Positions 10,460-19,949 of a DNA stretch of 64,000 nucleotides are shown here, in pieces (positions within the stretch are counted from its first letter, which is position 1; the number at the start of each line of letters is the position of its first letter). A program made the translations under genes and the position numbers. Under the pieces are notes generated by a model. The model worked only from the letters and a program-made list of their open reading frames with translations, was not told the DNA's origin and did no database searches. This DNA comes from Myxococcota bacterium (lineage in GTDB: Bacteria; Myxococcota_A; UBA9160; SZUA-336), in NCBI GenBank assembly GCA_965247115.1, contig CBDFGR010000002.1, forward strand, positions 2,048,001 to 2,112,000, in the 5' to 3' direction.

Positions 10460-11275
10460 TTACATGTTGGCGTTGCGGCCCACGAGCACCCCGCCGTCCA
10501 CCGGGAGCACGATGCCCGTCACGAAGGCGCCCGCGCGGCTTGCCAGATAGATGCAGGCACCCGCCATGTCCTCGGGCTCACCGGGGCGACCGACGGTCGT
10601 GGCCGCGGTGATCGCCGCTCTCCCTTCCTCGGTTGAGAGGATCTCGTCCAGCATGCCGGGGAAGGGCCCTGGGGCGATCGCGTTGAAGGTGATGTGGCGC
10701 CCCCCCTTCCGGCCGCCCCTGTTTCCGAGCCGGCCGGCCCACTGCCTGGTCAGGTGATGTAGCCCGGCCTTGCCGAGGGGGTAAGCCCAATCGTTGTCCT
10801 GTGCAACGCGGATGCCGTCGATCGAGCCGATGTTGATGACCGAAGCGTGAGACTCGGCGCTGCCCGCGGCCGCGAGCAGCGGCAGGCACTCCTGGGTCAG
10901 CGCGAACGGGGCGCGGAGGTTCACCGCGTTGACCTCGTCCCAGACGTCCATCGGATACTCTCCGAACTTGTGCATCTTGTTGCCGAGCGCAGCGTTGTTC
11001 ACGAGCACGTCGAGCTTGCCCTCCCGCTCCTTCAGGGTCTGTGCCAGCGCGATGATGTCCTCATCCTTCGACAGATCGGCCCGCAGCGCGATGCACTCGC
11101 CCGGTCCTTCCTCGGCCAGCTCCTTCGCCACGACGGACAGATCGCTTCGCGATGCGATGTACACGCGCGCGCCGCCGGCGACGAATCCGCCCGCGATCCC
11201 CCGTCCGATGCCGCCGCCGCCTCCGGTCACACACACGACCTTGCCTTCGACGCTGAAGAGATTCTGAAAGTCCAT
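10460..11275 (-). CDS. SDR family oxidoreductase
   Basis: TGGGGGIG, NNA and YPLGK motifs. Confidence 0.9.
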   Translation of the reverse strand: MDFQNLFSVEGKVVCVTGGGGGIGRGIAGGFVAGGARVYIASRSDLSVVAKELAEEGPGECIALRADLSKDEDIIALAQTLKEREGKLDVLVNNAALGNKMHKFGEYPMDVWDEVNAVNLRAPFALTQECLPLLAAAGSAESHASVINIGSIDGIRVAQDNDWAYPLGKAGLHHLTRQWAGRLGNRGGRKGGRHITFNAIAPGPFPGMLDEILSTEEGRAAITAATTVGRPGEPEDMAGACIYLASRAGAFVTGIVLPVDGGVLVGRNANM

Positions 11276-11334
11276 TGGCTAGATTCTCCCTCTTGCGGAA
11301 TTTCGGTCCGCTGCAGCGCGGCCCTGAGCCGGTC

Positions 11335-13254
11335 TCAGCTCGAGCAGTGACCTTTGGAGTGCGATGGTGGGACGTCGAGCGCCGGGTTGCGCTCGAAGAA
11401 CCCAAAGGGAAGCAGCGTGAATCCGCAGTACTCGACGGGCATGACCGGCCAGTCCTCCGGGCGCGGCACGTGAGTCACGCCGACGGTGTGCCAGACGACG
11501 ACGTCGGTGTTCTCGAGCGGGCGATCGTTGGCGGTGTAGGCCGGTAGGCCAGCGCCGCCCGGGTGGAGGTTCGTGAACGCGCCCGCCGCGGCGTCGAGCT
11601 CGTCGGGAGCATACGGCGTGACCCAGAGGTTGTGGCGCGCGAAGCCCGCCCGCCGAGCGTGCAGGGAGTCCCCCTTGGCGAGCAGCGTCGGAGTTCCCTG
11701 TGGCAGCAGCTTGTAGCCGACGGGGGCGCCGAGACGGTTCCGCACCTCGGGGTTCACCACCCGCCAGTGCCGGCTTCGTGAGGGGTCGACCTCGCGCTGG
11801 GCCTCCTTCTCGCTGCGCAGCAAGCGAGCGACCGACCGGAAGCCACTCCCGTGTGGGTCCTCGTCAGCCGACAGCGGCTCGACGTCGACCTCGTAGACCG
11901 AGTTGCGCTCCCCTTCCAGGTCGAAGTCGAGTCGGAAGCAAAACAGATGCTGGTGGATCGGAGAGGCGAGTGACGGCGCAATCAGAGGCGCCGTGTCTGT
12001 GCCCTTTCCGTCTCCCACGGCAGACACGCCGACGATGCCCGTCAGCTTTACCTCCATCTGGATCGTGCCGTCGAGATAGAAATACCAGTAGAACCCGTAC
12101 TCGTAGTTGCCGAGCGTGTGGATCGCACTCACGACGAGCCGCCGCGACCGCCGCACCTCGACCCTCCTCGAGGGCGTGAACACGTTCGTGTGCTTCCACA
12201 GGATCCCGAAGTCCTCCTCGTGCATGCACACCGCGTTCTCGACCGTGAACGCTTCACCCTTCGGGGACAGAAAAGTCGCATCGAAGTAGCGGATCTCACC
12301 GACGCAGTCGCACCCGAGCGATAGAGAGTTCGCGTTCTGGCCGAGCGTCGCCTCACTCGCGTCGAACGCGTGCTTCCAGGAGTGCATGGGCGACGAGTCG
12401 CCGTACGGCACGATCATGTCGGAGAGCGATGCGCGGTAGAGAATCGGGCGCGCGCGCCCTTCATCCTCGTAGCGCACATCGTGGAGTACGACGCCCTCGA
12501 GCGGGTGGAGCGAGATCCGGAACTGCCACTTCTGCCAGCGAATCGCATGTCCATCGACAGTGAAGCTCGGGCCCTCGGGCTGGGTGATCTCGATCGGGCG
12601 TAGGTCCTGCCGCAAAGGGCCCACGCTCTCGACGTCATAGTCCCCGGCCTCGGGCGGAAACGGCACGACGCCACGGTCGTCGACGATCACCAGATCGCTG
12701 TCCACGTCGACGTAGGCGATCACGCCTTCGATGGGGCGCGCGTAGGCATTGTCCTCCAGATCTTCGTGCAGGAAGGCAACGCCCGCGAGGACGCGCGCGT
12801 TCGGCGCCATGCCCTCCGGTCGGACACCGGCCACCCACGGGTCGATCTGGACGAGCGAGGAATCCTCGATGCCCCGTTTTCGCAGCGCGGCTTGCCAGTC
12901 GGGACTCGCGTGTATGAGATGGAAGGCCCGCATCGCGTCGCTCCCGGAGACCGACGCCTGCCCCGATTCGACCCACGAGAACTCTTCCAGCTTGCTCTTC
13001 GATAGGGATACACGGGCATCGAAGCTGCTGCCCCGCTCGCGGTCGTGGCCGATCAGCCTCACTTGCCGCTCGAAGGGAGAGCCCGGCTCGAAGTTCTTCA
13101 CGAGCTCTTTGGCGGGCTCGATGGGAAGGGCGCACGAGAAACGGCTCGCGTCACTGATCTCACCGCTCTCGCGTAGGATCTCGGCGGCGCGCGTCAGCTC
13201 CTCGCCCGAGTAGGGGTCCAAAGGATGATTCGGTGTGGTTGCTTCGCCATCCAT
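11335..13254 (-). CDS. Copper/TPQ primary amine oxidase
   Basis: HPLDP N-terminus, TLGNYEY topaquinone motif, HQH copper ligands, HVPRPEDWPVMP; start set at the ATG at 13254. Confidence 0.93.
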   Translation of the reverse strand: MDGEATTPNHPLDPYSGEELTRAAEILRESGEISDASRFSCALPIEPAKELVKNFEPGSPFERQVRLIGHDRERGSSFDARVSLSKSKLEEFSWVESGQASVSGSDAMRAFHLIHASPDWQAALRKRGIEDSSLVQIDPWVAGVRPEGMAPNARVLAGVAFLHEDLEDNAYARPIEGVIAYVDVDSDLVIVDDRGVVPFPPEAGDYDVESVGPLRQDLRPIEITQPEGPSFTVDGHAIRWQKWQFRISLHPLEGVVLHDVRYEDEGRARPILYRASLSDMIVPYGDSSPMHSWKHAFDASEATLGQNANSLSLGCDCVGEIRYFDATFLSPKGEAFTVENAVCMHEEDFGILWKHTNVFTPSRRVEVRRSRRLVVSAIHTLGNYEYGFYWYFYLDGTIQMEVKLTGIVGVSAVGDGKGTDTAPLIAPSLASPIHQHLFCFRLDFDLEGERNSVYEVDVEPLSADEDPHGSGFRSVARLLRSEKEAQREVDPSRSRHWRVVNPEVRNRLGAPVGYKLLPQGTPTLLAKGDSLHARRAGFARHNLWVTPYAPDELDAAAGAFTNLHPGGAGLPAYTANDRPLENTDVVVWHTVGVTHVPRPEDWPVMPVEYCGFTLLPFGFFERNPALDVPPSHSKGHCSS

Positions 13255-13441
13255 CGTCGTGAGTCCCACCTTCCCCGCGTGCTGGCCGACCTGAAGAAGC
13301 TCAGATGGAGGCCTTCCGCCGAAGGTCCGGTTGGCTTCCCGGCGGGCCGCGTGGCGATCTAATATCGAAGGCTGCTCGGTGTCAAGGGCTCTCTCTCGAG
13401 GGTCCAAGCCCAAGAGCAACGAGGGGCCGAGCTGCCCGAAC

Positions 13442-14455
13442 TCAGCGCAGCCCGAGCCGGCCGGCCTGCTCCAATGCGACCTTCAACATGTGCGGGATCA
13501 TCTTGTCGTAGCCCGCCCACGGCCGATGCTCTGCCCAGCTCAGCAGCTCGAGCGCCCGTGTGAGTGTGAACCAGGAGACCAGCTCCACCTGCTCGGCGGA
13601 GAGCGGTCGCCGCCTGCGATAGCCCCCGAGCAGCGCCTCGCGGGCCAGCTCGAAGTGCGGGTTCTTCGGATGGAACGCATCCAGCTCACTGTACAGGGCG
13701 ACGGTCAGGTCGTAGGCGTACCAGCCGAAGCCGGCGTCGTCGAAGTCGATGACCGTGAGCCGCTCGCCGTCGACGAGGACGTTGTCGGCATGCAGGTCCG
13801 CGTGGATCATGCCGTAGACCTCTGGACTCCGATCCAGGCGCGCGAACCTCTCGCGGACGGCGTTGCGTAGGGCGAGGAGTCTGGCGCGTTCGTCGTCGGT
13901 TGCAGAGGGGATCTCCCAGAACCGCCCCCAGAAGGGCTTCTCGCCCACAAGTCCCTCCGCGTCCCGGGCGTGACGACGGAAGCCGGGTGGGGGCGTCCAC
14001 TTCGCCGAGGCGTCGTGAAAGCCCGCGACGAGGCTCCCCAGCTGCTCGAAGCAGCTCGAGAGCTCCGCCGGGTCGCGCGTCTCCTCCACGATCTGGGAGA
14101 GCGGAACTCCGGCGATCCAGCGGACGAGGCCGACGTGGCGTGTGGCGGTGGAGCCCGGGAAGGCGACCGTTGCGTAGTCCCCGCCCTCCAGGGTCGGGAC
14201 AGCCTCGGGCACCGGCAGGCCGGCCAGGGCCAGCGAAGAGGTCCAGGTGTGCTCGGCCTGGAGCTCCGCCAGGTCGTGGTAGCCGTCCTGGTGGACCCGG
14301 AGCGCATAGACGTCACCCCGCGGAGCCGAGACGCGAAAGACCGCGTTCTCTCGATGGAGATGAAGCGCGACCTCCGCCCCTTCGAGCCCCCAGTGCGCCA
14401 GCGCCCGCAGGGCCATCGCATGGAGCGCGTCCGGGCTCTCTTCAAGCCTCGGCAT
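13442..14455 (-). CDS. Aminoglycoside-phosphotransferase-like kinase (hydroxylysine kinase / type II homoserine kinase family)
   Basis: ENAVFRV, ALRVH, IHADLHADNVL and IDFDDAGFGWYAYDL motifs; overlaps the upstream PLP gene. Confidence 0.85.
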   Translation of the reverse strand: MPRLEESPDALHAMALRALAHWGLEGAEVALHLHRENAVFRVSAPRGDVYALRVHQDGYHDLAELQAEHTWTSSLALAGLPVPEAVPTLEGGDYATVAFPGSTATRHVGLVRWIAGVPLSQIVEETRDPAELSSCFEQLGSLVAGFHDASAKWTPPPGFRRHARDAEGLVGEKPFWGRFWEIPSATDDERARLLALRNAVRERFARLDRSPEVYGMIHADLHADNVLVDGERLTVIDFDDAGFGWYAYDLTVALYSELDAFHPKNPHFELAREALLGGYRRRRPLSAEQVELVSWFTLTRALELLSWAEHRPWAGYDKMIPHMLKVALEQAGRLGLR

Positions 14456-15722
14456 GGAGCTCCTTCGCCGTCTCGTCCAGCGCCACGAGGAGGAGCTCGG
14501 CATGCGCCTGCTCGATCACGAGCGGGGGCCGGAGCTTGAGCACGTTGCGTCTCTGGCCGGCGCTCCCCATCAGGAAGCCCCTCTCCTTCATTCGCTCGAC
14601 GAACGCCGCAGCGCCCCGGCGGTCGGCCGTGCGTGCCTCACGGTCCTTCACCCACTCGATGCCGATGAAGAGCCCGTGCCCCCGCACGTCGCCCACGAAC
14701 TCGTAGCGGTCTGCGAAGCCGGCCAGCTCGTTCTTGAGGAAGCCCCCGACCTTGGCGGCGTTCTCGACAAGCCCCTCCTCCTCGATGACGTCGAGCACCG
14801 CGCGTCCGACGGCGGCCTGAAGCGGCGTGGCCGCGGTCGTATTGAAGTAGAAGCACTGCTCGTGGAACGTCTTCGCAAGCTCGAACGTGGCCCCCACGCC
14901 ACTGAGCGGGATGCCCGCGCCCATGGGCTTGCCCATCGTGACGATGTCCGGCACGCAGCCCATCACCTCGTAGCCCCACCAGCGGCCCGTGCGGCCGAAT
15001 CCCGCCTGCACCTCGTCGAGGACCACAACGCCCCCGGCCTCGCGTACCAGTCTGGCGGCCGCCGACAGAAACCCGCTGGGCACGTCGGGCAAGCCTTCGT
15101 TGGCGAAGATCGGGCAGAAGAGCATGCCCGCGAGCGGAATCCCCTGGGTCTCCAGCTCGGCGATGGCCCTTCGGATCTCGTCCAGATACAGCTCGCGTCG
15201 CTCCGGCTCGGAGACTCCCTCGCGCAGCGGACGGTAGGCCTCCGGGAAGGGAATCGGCCGGTAGTCGGGCTCGAAGGGCCCGAAGGTCATGCGGCGCACC
15301 TCCGTGCTGTTCCCGTGGTAGGTCGCGTTGCTGATGATGAAGCCACGGCCCCCGGTCGCCGCGCGCGCCATCTGCACGGCCACGTCCAGGGCCTCCGTGC
15401 CGCTACAGGCCATCTGAAGAGTCGTGAGGGGATCCGCGTGGAGTGCCATCAGCCGCTCCGCGTACTCCACGACGACCTCGCTCGGATAGCGACTGTGGAC
15501 GTTCAGCGTGGCAGCCTGGCGCTGCATGGCCTCGACGATGCGTGGATGACCGTGACCCGTGACCGGCACGTTGTTGTAGACGTCCATGTAGCGGCGGCCG
15601 TCGGCGCCGTAGAGCCAAATGCCTTCGCCTCGCACCAGCGGGAGCGGCGTCTCGTAGAAGACCGGAGCGCCGAGCCCCATCGCCCGATCGCGTCGCGCCA
15701 TCAAGTCGCGGATGTTGGTCAT
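14442..15722 (-). CDS. Class III PLP-dependent enzyme (aminotransferase / phospho-lyase-like)
   Basis: YMDVYNNVPVTGHGHP, DEVQAGFGRTG and VTMGKPMG motifs; GGAGG RBS. Confidence 0.88.
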   Translation of the reverse strand: MTNIRDLMARRDRAMGLGAPVFYETPLPLVRGEGIWLYGADGRRYMDVYNNVPVTGHGHPRIVEAMQRQAATLNVHSRYPSEVVVEYAERLMALHADPLTTLQMACSGTEALDVAVQMARAATGGRGFIISNATYHGNSTEVRRMTFGPFEPDYRPIPFPEAYRPLREGVSEPERRELYLDEIRRAIAELETQGIPLAGMLFCPIFANEGLPDVPSGFLSAAARLVREAGGVVVLDEVQAGFGRTGRWWGYEVMGCVPDIVTMGKPMGAGIPLSGVGATFELAKTFHEQCFYFNTTAATPLQAAVGRAVLDVIEEEGLVENAAKVGGFLKNELAGFADRYEFVGDVRGHGLFIGIEWVKDREARTADRRGAAAFVERMKERGFLMGSAGQRRNVLKLRPPLVIEQAHAELLLVALDETAKELHAEA

Positions 15723-15810
15723 TCCTGATCCTCCCTCTCGGTCCAGCCAGCGGGCAGGCCGGTGGAATAGAGCCCGAAGAGGTATCACTCGCAACGCCTG
15801 TGGCTCAAGT

Positions 15811-15837
15811 TGCGTGAAGTACGAGGACTATCACTAA
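15811..15837 (+). pseudogene. Last codons of a HigB/RelE-type toxin (CVKYEDYH-stop)
   Basis: The ...YEDYH* terminus is typical of HigB killer proteins and lies 12 bp before higA; the rest of the gene is absent. Confidence 0.6.
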
Positions 15838-15849
15838 AGGGTTGTCGAT

Positions 15850-16134
15850 ATGCCGATGAAGAATCCCCCGCATCCTGGACAGGTCGTGCGCCGCGCCATC
15901 ACGGAGGGCCTTGGCCTGACCGTTACGGCGGCGGCAAGAGGCTTGGGAGTCTCGCGCAAGCAGCTCACGCAGATCGTGAATGGACATGCAGGAATCTCTC
16001 CGGAGATGGCGATTCGCCTCGAGAAGGGCATTGGAAGTACGGCCCAGGCATGGCTTCGCATGCAGGCCGCTTACGACCTTGCCCAGGCGCAAGGGACGTC
16101 GAAGATCAAGGTGAGAAAGCTGGAACCTGCGTAG
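15850..16134 (+). CDS. higA: HigA family addiction module antitoxin
   Basis: MKNPPHPG...LTVTAAARGLGVSR...ISPEMAIRLEK...WLRMQAAYDL. Confidence 0.92.
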   Translation: MPMKNPPHPGQVVRRAITEGLGLTVTAAARGLGVSRKQLTQIVNGHAGISPEMAIRLEKGIGSTAQAWLRMQAAYDLAQAQGTSKIKVRKLEPA

Positions 16135-16212
16135 CCGCCATCACGTTCTAGGTGTGCTGCAGCCGTCCGCGTCTTGTCGCTGATACACTGCCACAGCGCA
16201 CAGGAGGTGCAG

Positions 16213-17961
16213 ATGGCTTCCGAGAAATGGAACGAGGTCGGTCGGATCTGGGACGCCGACCACGGTCTGCTGGACCAGGAGCAGGTGAAGCAGTGTCGCC
16301 GCGCCGACGTCTCCGAACCGCTCCGGTCGCCCATCCCCACTCGAATGATCTCGAACGGCGAGTACATGCCAATCGCGCAGACCGACCAGCAGAAACAGGT
16401 CGAAGCGCGACTCGAAGAGCTATCCGACTCCGTGAGCAAGCAGCTCGGGGTCACCCGCCGCCAGTTCCTCGCCAGCTCCGGCGGCGTGGCGGCCGCGCTG
16501 CTTGCCATGAACGATGTGTTCGGTCAGGTATTCCAGGTGAGCCCGGTCGAGATGTTCGAGCCGGCTGCCTTCGCGCAGGCCAGCGTGCCCCGCGACCTGT
16601 TCGTCTTCGATGACCAGCTACACATCGTGCGCGGCAGCCGGCCGTCACCGCTGGCACTGCGCGCCGGGGCGCAAGGGACGTCGTCGGCGCCCGCGTTCGA
16701 CGCGAACCCGAACAACCCCGCGGGGCAGCTGGACGAATTGGGCAACACCTGGAGCAACTGGAATCCCGCTCTGGCTGGCGCGGCGCTCGACCCCCGCTAT
16801 GCCCACATCACGCGGTTCATCAAGGACGTCTATCTGGACAGCCAGGTTACCGTAGGCCTGCTGAGCAACGTGACGGCGTCTCTCGTGCAGATCGGGGAGC
16901 ACCGGCGTCCACCGCGGAACGTGCAGGAAGCGCTTGACGCTGAGATCCTCACCGGGACGCAAACGGCGGCCGCCCGTAATTTCGTCAACGAGATCTCCGG
17001 CTCGACGCGGATGCTCGGCCACGGCCTGCTCTATGTCGGACGCGGTAATCTCGAATACATCCAGCAGCAGACCGACGAGAACGCGCCCGATTCGTGGAAG
17101 GGCTACAACATCTCGAACGCGGCGAAGGTCGACGACGACCCTGACAGCCTGATGCGGCAGTGGCGGCACGACGACGAGGACCTGGCCTATCCGACCTTCG
17201 AGCTGATCCAGAAGAACTACGAGCGGATCAGGGCGAGCAAGCCAGGGTTCAACAACATCTGCGTGCACAAGGGCCTTGCGCCCGGACCGCCCGACCCGCT
17301 TCGCGGCCACCCGGGCGACCTGCCGAAGGCAGCGCGCGACTGGCCGAACCTGAACTTCATCACCTATCACGCGTGCATTCAGCCGAGCTCCTTCTACCGC
17401 GACACGCTCGAGGCGATCCGAGCGGGTCAAACGCGCGGCGGCGTACCCGACATCGCCTGGACGACGGAGTACGCCCAGCTCGTCGGTGACCTGTCCAACT
17501 GCTACGCGGAGATCGGAACGACGTGGGCCTCGAGTGTCGTGACCTTCCCGACGGTCGCGGCACATCTGATGGGGCAACTGATGCGCTTCATGGGCGAGGA
17601 CCGGATCGTCTTCGGTTCGGATTCGGTCTGGTACGGCTCCCCGCAGTGGCAGATCGAGGCGCTGTGGCGGTTCCAGATCCCGGCTGAGCTGCGCCAGCGC
17701 TACGACTACCCGGAGCTGACGGAGACTGCCAAGCGGAAGATCCTGGGACTGAACTCCGCGCGGCTCTACGGGATCCAGTCCACCGAGACCAGCGCGTATC
17801 GGCCCGTGCCAGAGGACTACGAGTCGCGCATGTCGGACGAGCTGAAGACCATCATGGAGTTCGGTCAGTTCACAGGGGACAACATGTCGAAGCTGCGAGA
17901 GACCTACACGGCGCTGAACATCGAGCCAGACCACGTACGGTACGGTTGGATCAGGGTGTGA
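16213..17961 (+). CDS. Amidohydrolase family protein with an internal twin-arginine-like segment
   Basis: DDQLH, ICVHKG, YHAC and FGSDSVWYGSPQWQIEA motifs; TRRQFLASSGG; GGAGG RBS before the ATG at 16213. Confidence 0.8.
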   Translation: MASEKWNEVGRIWDADHGLLDQEQVKQCRRADVSEPLRSPIPTRMISNGEYMPIAQTDQQKQVEARLEELSDSVSKQLGVTRRQFLASSGGVAAALLAMNDVFGQVFQVSPVEMFEPAAFAQASVPRDLFVFDDQLHIVRGSRPSPLALRAGAQGTSSAPAFDANPNNPAGQLDELGNTWSNWNPALAGAALDPRYAHITRFIKDVYLDSQVTVGLLSNVTASLVQIGEHRRPPRNVQEALDAEILTGTQTAAARNFVNEISGSTRMLGHGLLYVGRGNLEYIQQQTDENAPDSWKGYNISNAAKVDDDPDSLMRQWRHDDEDLAYPTFELIQKNYERIRASKPGFNNICVHKGLAPGPPDPLRGHPGDLPKAARDWPNLNFITYHACIQPSSFYRDTLEAIRAGQTRGGVPDIAWTTEYAQLVGDLSNCYAEIGTTWASSVVTFPTVAAHLMGQLMRFMGEDRIVFGSDSVWYGSPQWQIEALWRFQIPAELRQRYDYPELTETAKRKILGLNSARLYGIQSTETSAYRPVPEDYESRMSDELKTIMEFGQFTGDNMSKLRETYTALNIEPDHVRYGWIRV

Positions 17962-18003
17962 GGTCAAGACCTGGTAACTTCGCCGCGTAGCGTGATCGGG
18001 AAG

Positions 18004-18771
18004 ATGACCATGGGAAAACTAGAAGGGCGGACTGCGCTTGTAACCGGGGGCAGTCGAGGCATCGGGCGAGCCATTGTTGAGCGCTTCGCACAAGAAGGCG
18101 CCAACGTCGCGGTGAATTTCGCAAGCAATGAATCGGCTGCTAGTGAAGCGGTTGCGTTTGCGGAAGCACAGGGTGTCAAGACCCAGATGTACAAGGCCAA
18201 TGTTGGCGATGAGGACGAGTGTCACCAGATGATTGAGCGCGCCATCGCCGACTTTGGTCAGGTCGATGCCTTGATCAACAATGCTGGTCTGGGTCCGCCC
18301 ATCGATCGACCCACAATCGCGGACGCGACCAACCAGCAGTGGAACAAGCTACTGCGGGTGAACCTATGGGGCCCCATTTATCTGTGCCGGGCACTTGTTC
18401 CTCACATGAGGAAGGCCGATCGCAGCGACATCGTGATGATCTCTTCCACTGCCAGCCAGGCGCTCAACCCTGGGTTCGGTGTCTACTCGGTGAGCAAAGC
18501 CGCACTCGAGGCCATGGCCCACACCCTGGCAAGGGAGGAAAAGCCCCACGGCATGCGTGTAAACATGATCGCACCCGGGCTGGTTGATACGGACATGGGA
18601 AGGCGGATGGTCGAGGCTATGGGATGCGGTTCGAACATCCGTGCTCTCGACGCCAGTATGCCGTTCGGCTTCGTTTGTACTCCCCAGGATATCGCGGCAA
18701 CGGCTGCGCACCTGTGTTCGGAAGACGGCCGTTACATCACGAATCAGCGGATCACGATCACGGGCGACTGA
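18004..18771 (+). CDS. SDR family oxidoreductase (FabG-like)
   Basis: TGGSRGIG, NNAG and YSVSK motifs. Confidence 0.9.
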   Translation: MTMGKLEGRTALVTGGSRGIGRAIVERFAQEGANVAVNFASNESAASEAVAFAEAQGVKTQMYKANVGDEDECHQMIERAIADFGQVDALINNAGLGPPIDRPTIADATNQQWNKLLRVNLWGPIYLCRALVPHMRKADRSDIVMISSTASQALNPGFGVYSVSKAALEAMAHTLAREEKPHGMRVNMIAPGLVDTDMGRRMVEAMGCGSNIRALDASMPFGFVCTPQDIAATAAHLCSEDGRYITNQRITITGD

Positions 18772-18822
18772 TTGGTTCCGAGTGACAGGAATCGAATTGA
18801 CGAATCGAAAGGTGCGACACCC

Positions 18823-19854
18823 ATGCGACGCGTGAAGCTCGGAGGACCGAACGGCCTGGAGGTCTCTCAGTGCGGAATGGGCGTCATGAGCCTGACGGCG
18901 TACTACGGCGACCCGATACCGGACGAGGACGCCATCGAGCTCATTCAGAAGGCGGTCGAGAGCGGCTGCACGTTCTTCGACACTGCGGAGGCCTACGTCG
19001 CGGAGCATCCGGTCACCAAAGAGTTGCTGTGGAATGAAGAGATCCTCGGCAAGGCCGTCGCGACCATCGGGCGGGACAAGGTGGAAATCGGCACCAAGTT
19101 TGGGGGCAAGTCAGCGATGACCGGTCCCGCCAAGGGCGACCACATGAAACAAGCCTGCCACACCGCTTTGAAGCGCCTGCAGACCGACACGATCGACCTC
19201 TATTACCTCCACCGCGTCGACCCGAAGGTGCCGATCGAGGAGACCGTGGAGACGATTGCCGAGCTCGTCCGGGAGGGTGCGGTGAAGCACATCGGGCTCA
19301 GCGAAGCCTCTCCGGAGCTCATCCGGCGTGCGCACGCAGTTCACCCGATCGCGTGCGTGCAACAGGAATGGTCGCTCTACACGCGGGACCTGGAAGAGGA
19401 CATCGTCCCGGTCTGCAAGGAGCTCGGCATCGGCATCGTCCCGTACTCGCCGCTCGGCCGCGGTTTTCTCAGCGACGACATGGTCACGCCGGCGAACGAC
19501 ACACGGCAGTACTTCCCGAGGCTCACGGGAAGGGCTTTCGAGGCCAACAAGGTACTCCGGGCCGAGGTCGAGGCGATGGCCAAGGCCAAGGGGTGCTACA
19601 CGGCTCAGCTGGCGCTCGCGTGGCTCTGGGCGCAAGGGGAGAAGCTCGGCGTCGACGTCGTGCCCATCCCCGGCACGACCAAGATCGAGAACATGCAGAG
19701 CAACTGCCGCGCGCTGAGTGTGCCGATCTCCGATGTTGAGTTCGTCGAGCTCTCCAGCGCTTTCGACGGCGTAGTCGGAGAGCGGGGCTTCAAGGCGTAC
19801 ATGGACAGAACCTACAGAGCGGGCGGCGCCGGTCTACCGCGGATAGAGGAGTAA
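18823..19854 (+). CDS. Aldo/keto reductase
   Basis: FFDTAEAY, IDLYYLHRVDP, YSPLGRG and PIPGT motifs. Confidence 0.92.
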   Translation: MRRVKLGGPNGLEVSQCGMGVMSLTAYYGDPIPDEDAIELIQKAVESGCTFFDTAEAYVAEHPVTKELLWNEEILGKAVATIGRDKVEIGTKFGGKSAMTGPAKGDHMKQACHTALKRLQTDTIDLYYLHRVDPKVPIEETVETIAELVREGAVKHIGLSEASPELIRRAHAVHPIACVQQEWSLYTRDLEEDIVPVCKELGIGIVPYSPLGRGFLSDDMVTPANDTRQYFPRLTGRAFEANKVLRAEVEAMAKAKGCYTAQLALAWLWAQGEKLGVDVVPIPGTTKIENMQSNCRALSVPISDVEFVELSSAFDGVVGERGFKAYMDRTYRAGGAGLPRIEE

Positions 19855-19949
19855 GACGAGGTCTGCGCCTGGCGACCCGACGGGGGCCTCTCGTACGAGG
19901 ATGGATTGTGGTCCGTCTCGCCTTCTGGCATCAGCGGACAAGTTGCAAG

